From contig JACZYI010000001.1 in the NCBI GenBank assembly GCA_022571175.1, forward strand, positions 1 through 29,254: a stretch of 29,254 nucleotides of DNA, in the 5' to 3' direction. Below are positions 28,523 through 29,254 of the stretch, piece by piece. The DNA comes from Pseudomonadota bacterium. Its GTDB lineage: Bacteria > Pseudomonadota > Alphaproteobacteria > Sphingomonadales > SMXR01. The translations under genes were made by a program, and so were the position numbers. A model generated the notes under the pieces. That model was not told the origin of the DNA. It made no database searches and saw only the letters and a program-made list of their open reading frames with translations. How positions within the stretch are numbered: the stretch's first letter is position 1; each line of letters opens with the position of its first letter.

Positions 28523-29254
28523 ATGACCCCGACGGTAGGTGCTAACAGGCTGGAATTGCTTGCCATAGCTGAAGCAGTTGCGCGGGAAAAATCGATCGAG
28601 AAATCCATTGTTATTGAAGCCATGGAGGAAGCGATACAAAAAGCCGCCCGCGCCAGATATGGTGCTGAAAATGACATTCGCGCCCAGATTGATCAGGAGA
28701 GTGGCGATATCCGACTTTTTCGCATGATGGAGGTGGTGGAGGTGATCGAAGACCACACCACGCAAATTCTCATGGAAGACGCCAAGAAGAAGCGGGACAA
28801 CATTGCCATTGGTGAATTTATTGCAGACCCGCTACCCCCAATCGATTTTGGTCGTATAGCCGCTCAAACAGCAAAGCAGGTTATTATACAAAAAATCCGT
28901 GAGGCAGAAAAAGTGTCCGTACTTGAAGAATTTGGCCAACGACAGGGTGATATTGTAAACGGCTCGGTGCAGCGTATTGAGCGAGGCAATATATTTGTTG
29001 ATTTTGGACGCGCAACCGGCCTTTTGCCGTATGATGAACAAATACCCGGAGAGCGATATAAACAGGGGGAGCGTATTCGTGCATACCTATACTCTGTAGA
29101 AGATAGTCCGCGAGGTGTTTTCCTTCGGCTCTCTCGTTCACATCAGAAATTTTTGTCAAAACTCTTCGAAATGGAGACACCGGAGCTTGCTGCAGGTACT
29201 GTCATTATAAAAGAAATTGCACGCGAAGCAGGATCACGTTCAAAAATCGCCGTT
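28523..29254 (+). CDS. nusA: Transcription termination/antitermination factor NusA, 5' part (runs off the window)
   Basis: Not in the ORF track. Hand translation: MTPTVGANRLELLAIAEAVAREKSIEK...DPLPPIDFGRIAAQTAKQVIIQKIREAE...S1 domain...AREAGSRSKIAV. AGGAG RBS. Confidence 0.96.
   Translation, partial: MTPTVGANRLELLAIAEAVAREKSIEKSIVIEAMEEAIQKAARARYGAENDIRAQIDQESGDIRLFRMMEVVEVIEDHTTQILMEDAKKKRDNIAIGEFIADPLPPIDFGRIAAQTAKQVIIQKIREAEKVSVLEEFGQRQGDIVNGSVQRIERGNIFVDFGRATGLLPYDEQIPGERYKQGERIRAYLYSVEDSPRGVFLRLSRSHQKFLSKLFEMETPELAAGTVIIKEIAREAGSRSKIAV

Noticed and set aside
1-29254. tRNA, rRNA, transposase, integrase or defence-system genes
   Set aside because: None recognisable; intergenic gaps are short and accounted for. 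Any recombinase of the comM element lies outside the window.

Overview
Alphaproteobacterial chromosomal segment, roughly 50% GC; the lineage cannot be assigned from sequence alone. Most of the window is a conserved housekeeping block: ampG, maeB, mutS-glnD-murJ-trpS, a DUF4136-like lipoprotein, DUF2333, USP, Nfu, a polysaccharide deacetylase, a RutE-like reductase, tsaB, fur, miaB-phoH-ybeY-corC-lnt, an XRE regulator, metK-trmB, rimP and the start of nusA. Three places depart from it. (1) Left edge: comM/yifB is cut at its AMNPCxCG motif (about 414-428). The lower-GC DNA to its left looks like the end of an integrated element and carries a tandem helix-turn-helix gene that the ORF track missed. 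That gene's frame runs through the junction, and the junction also supplies an RBS+ATG in frame with the intact ComM C-terminal half. (2) Between tsaB and fur, a 76-aa ORF resembles only the N-terminal oligomerisation domain of MucR/Ros, with no zinc finger. (3) NusA reads as alphaproteobacterial up to about 28900 and then as a different, Patescibacteria-like lineage, which suggests a chimeric assembly or a mosaic gene. All family assignments come from motif recognition; no searches were run.
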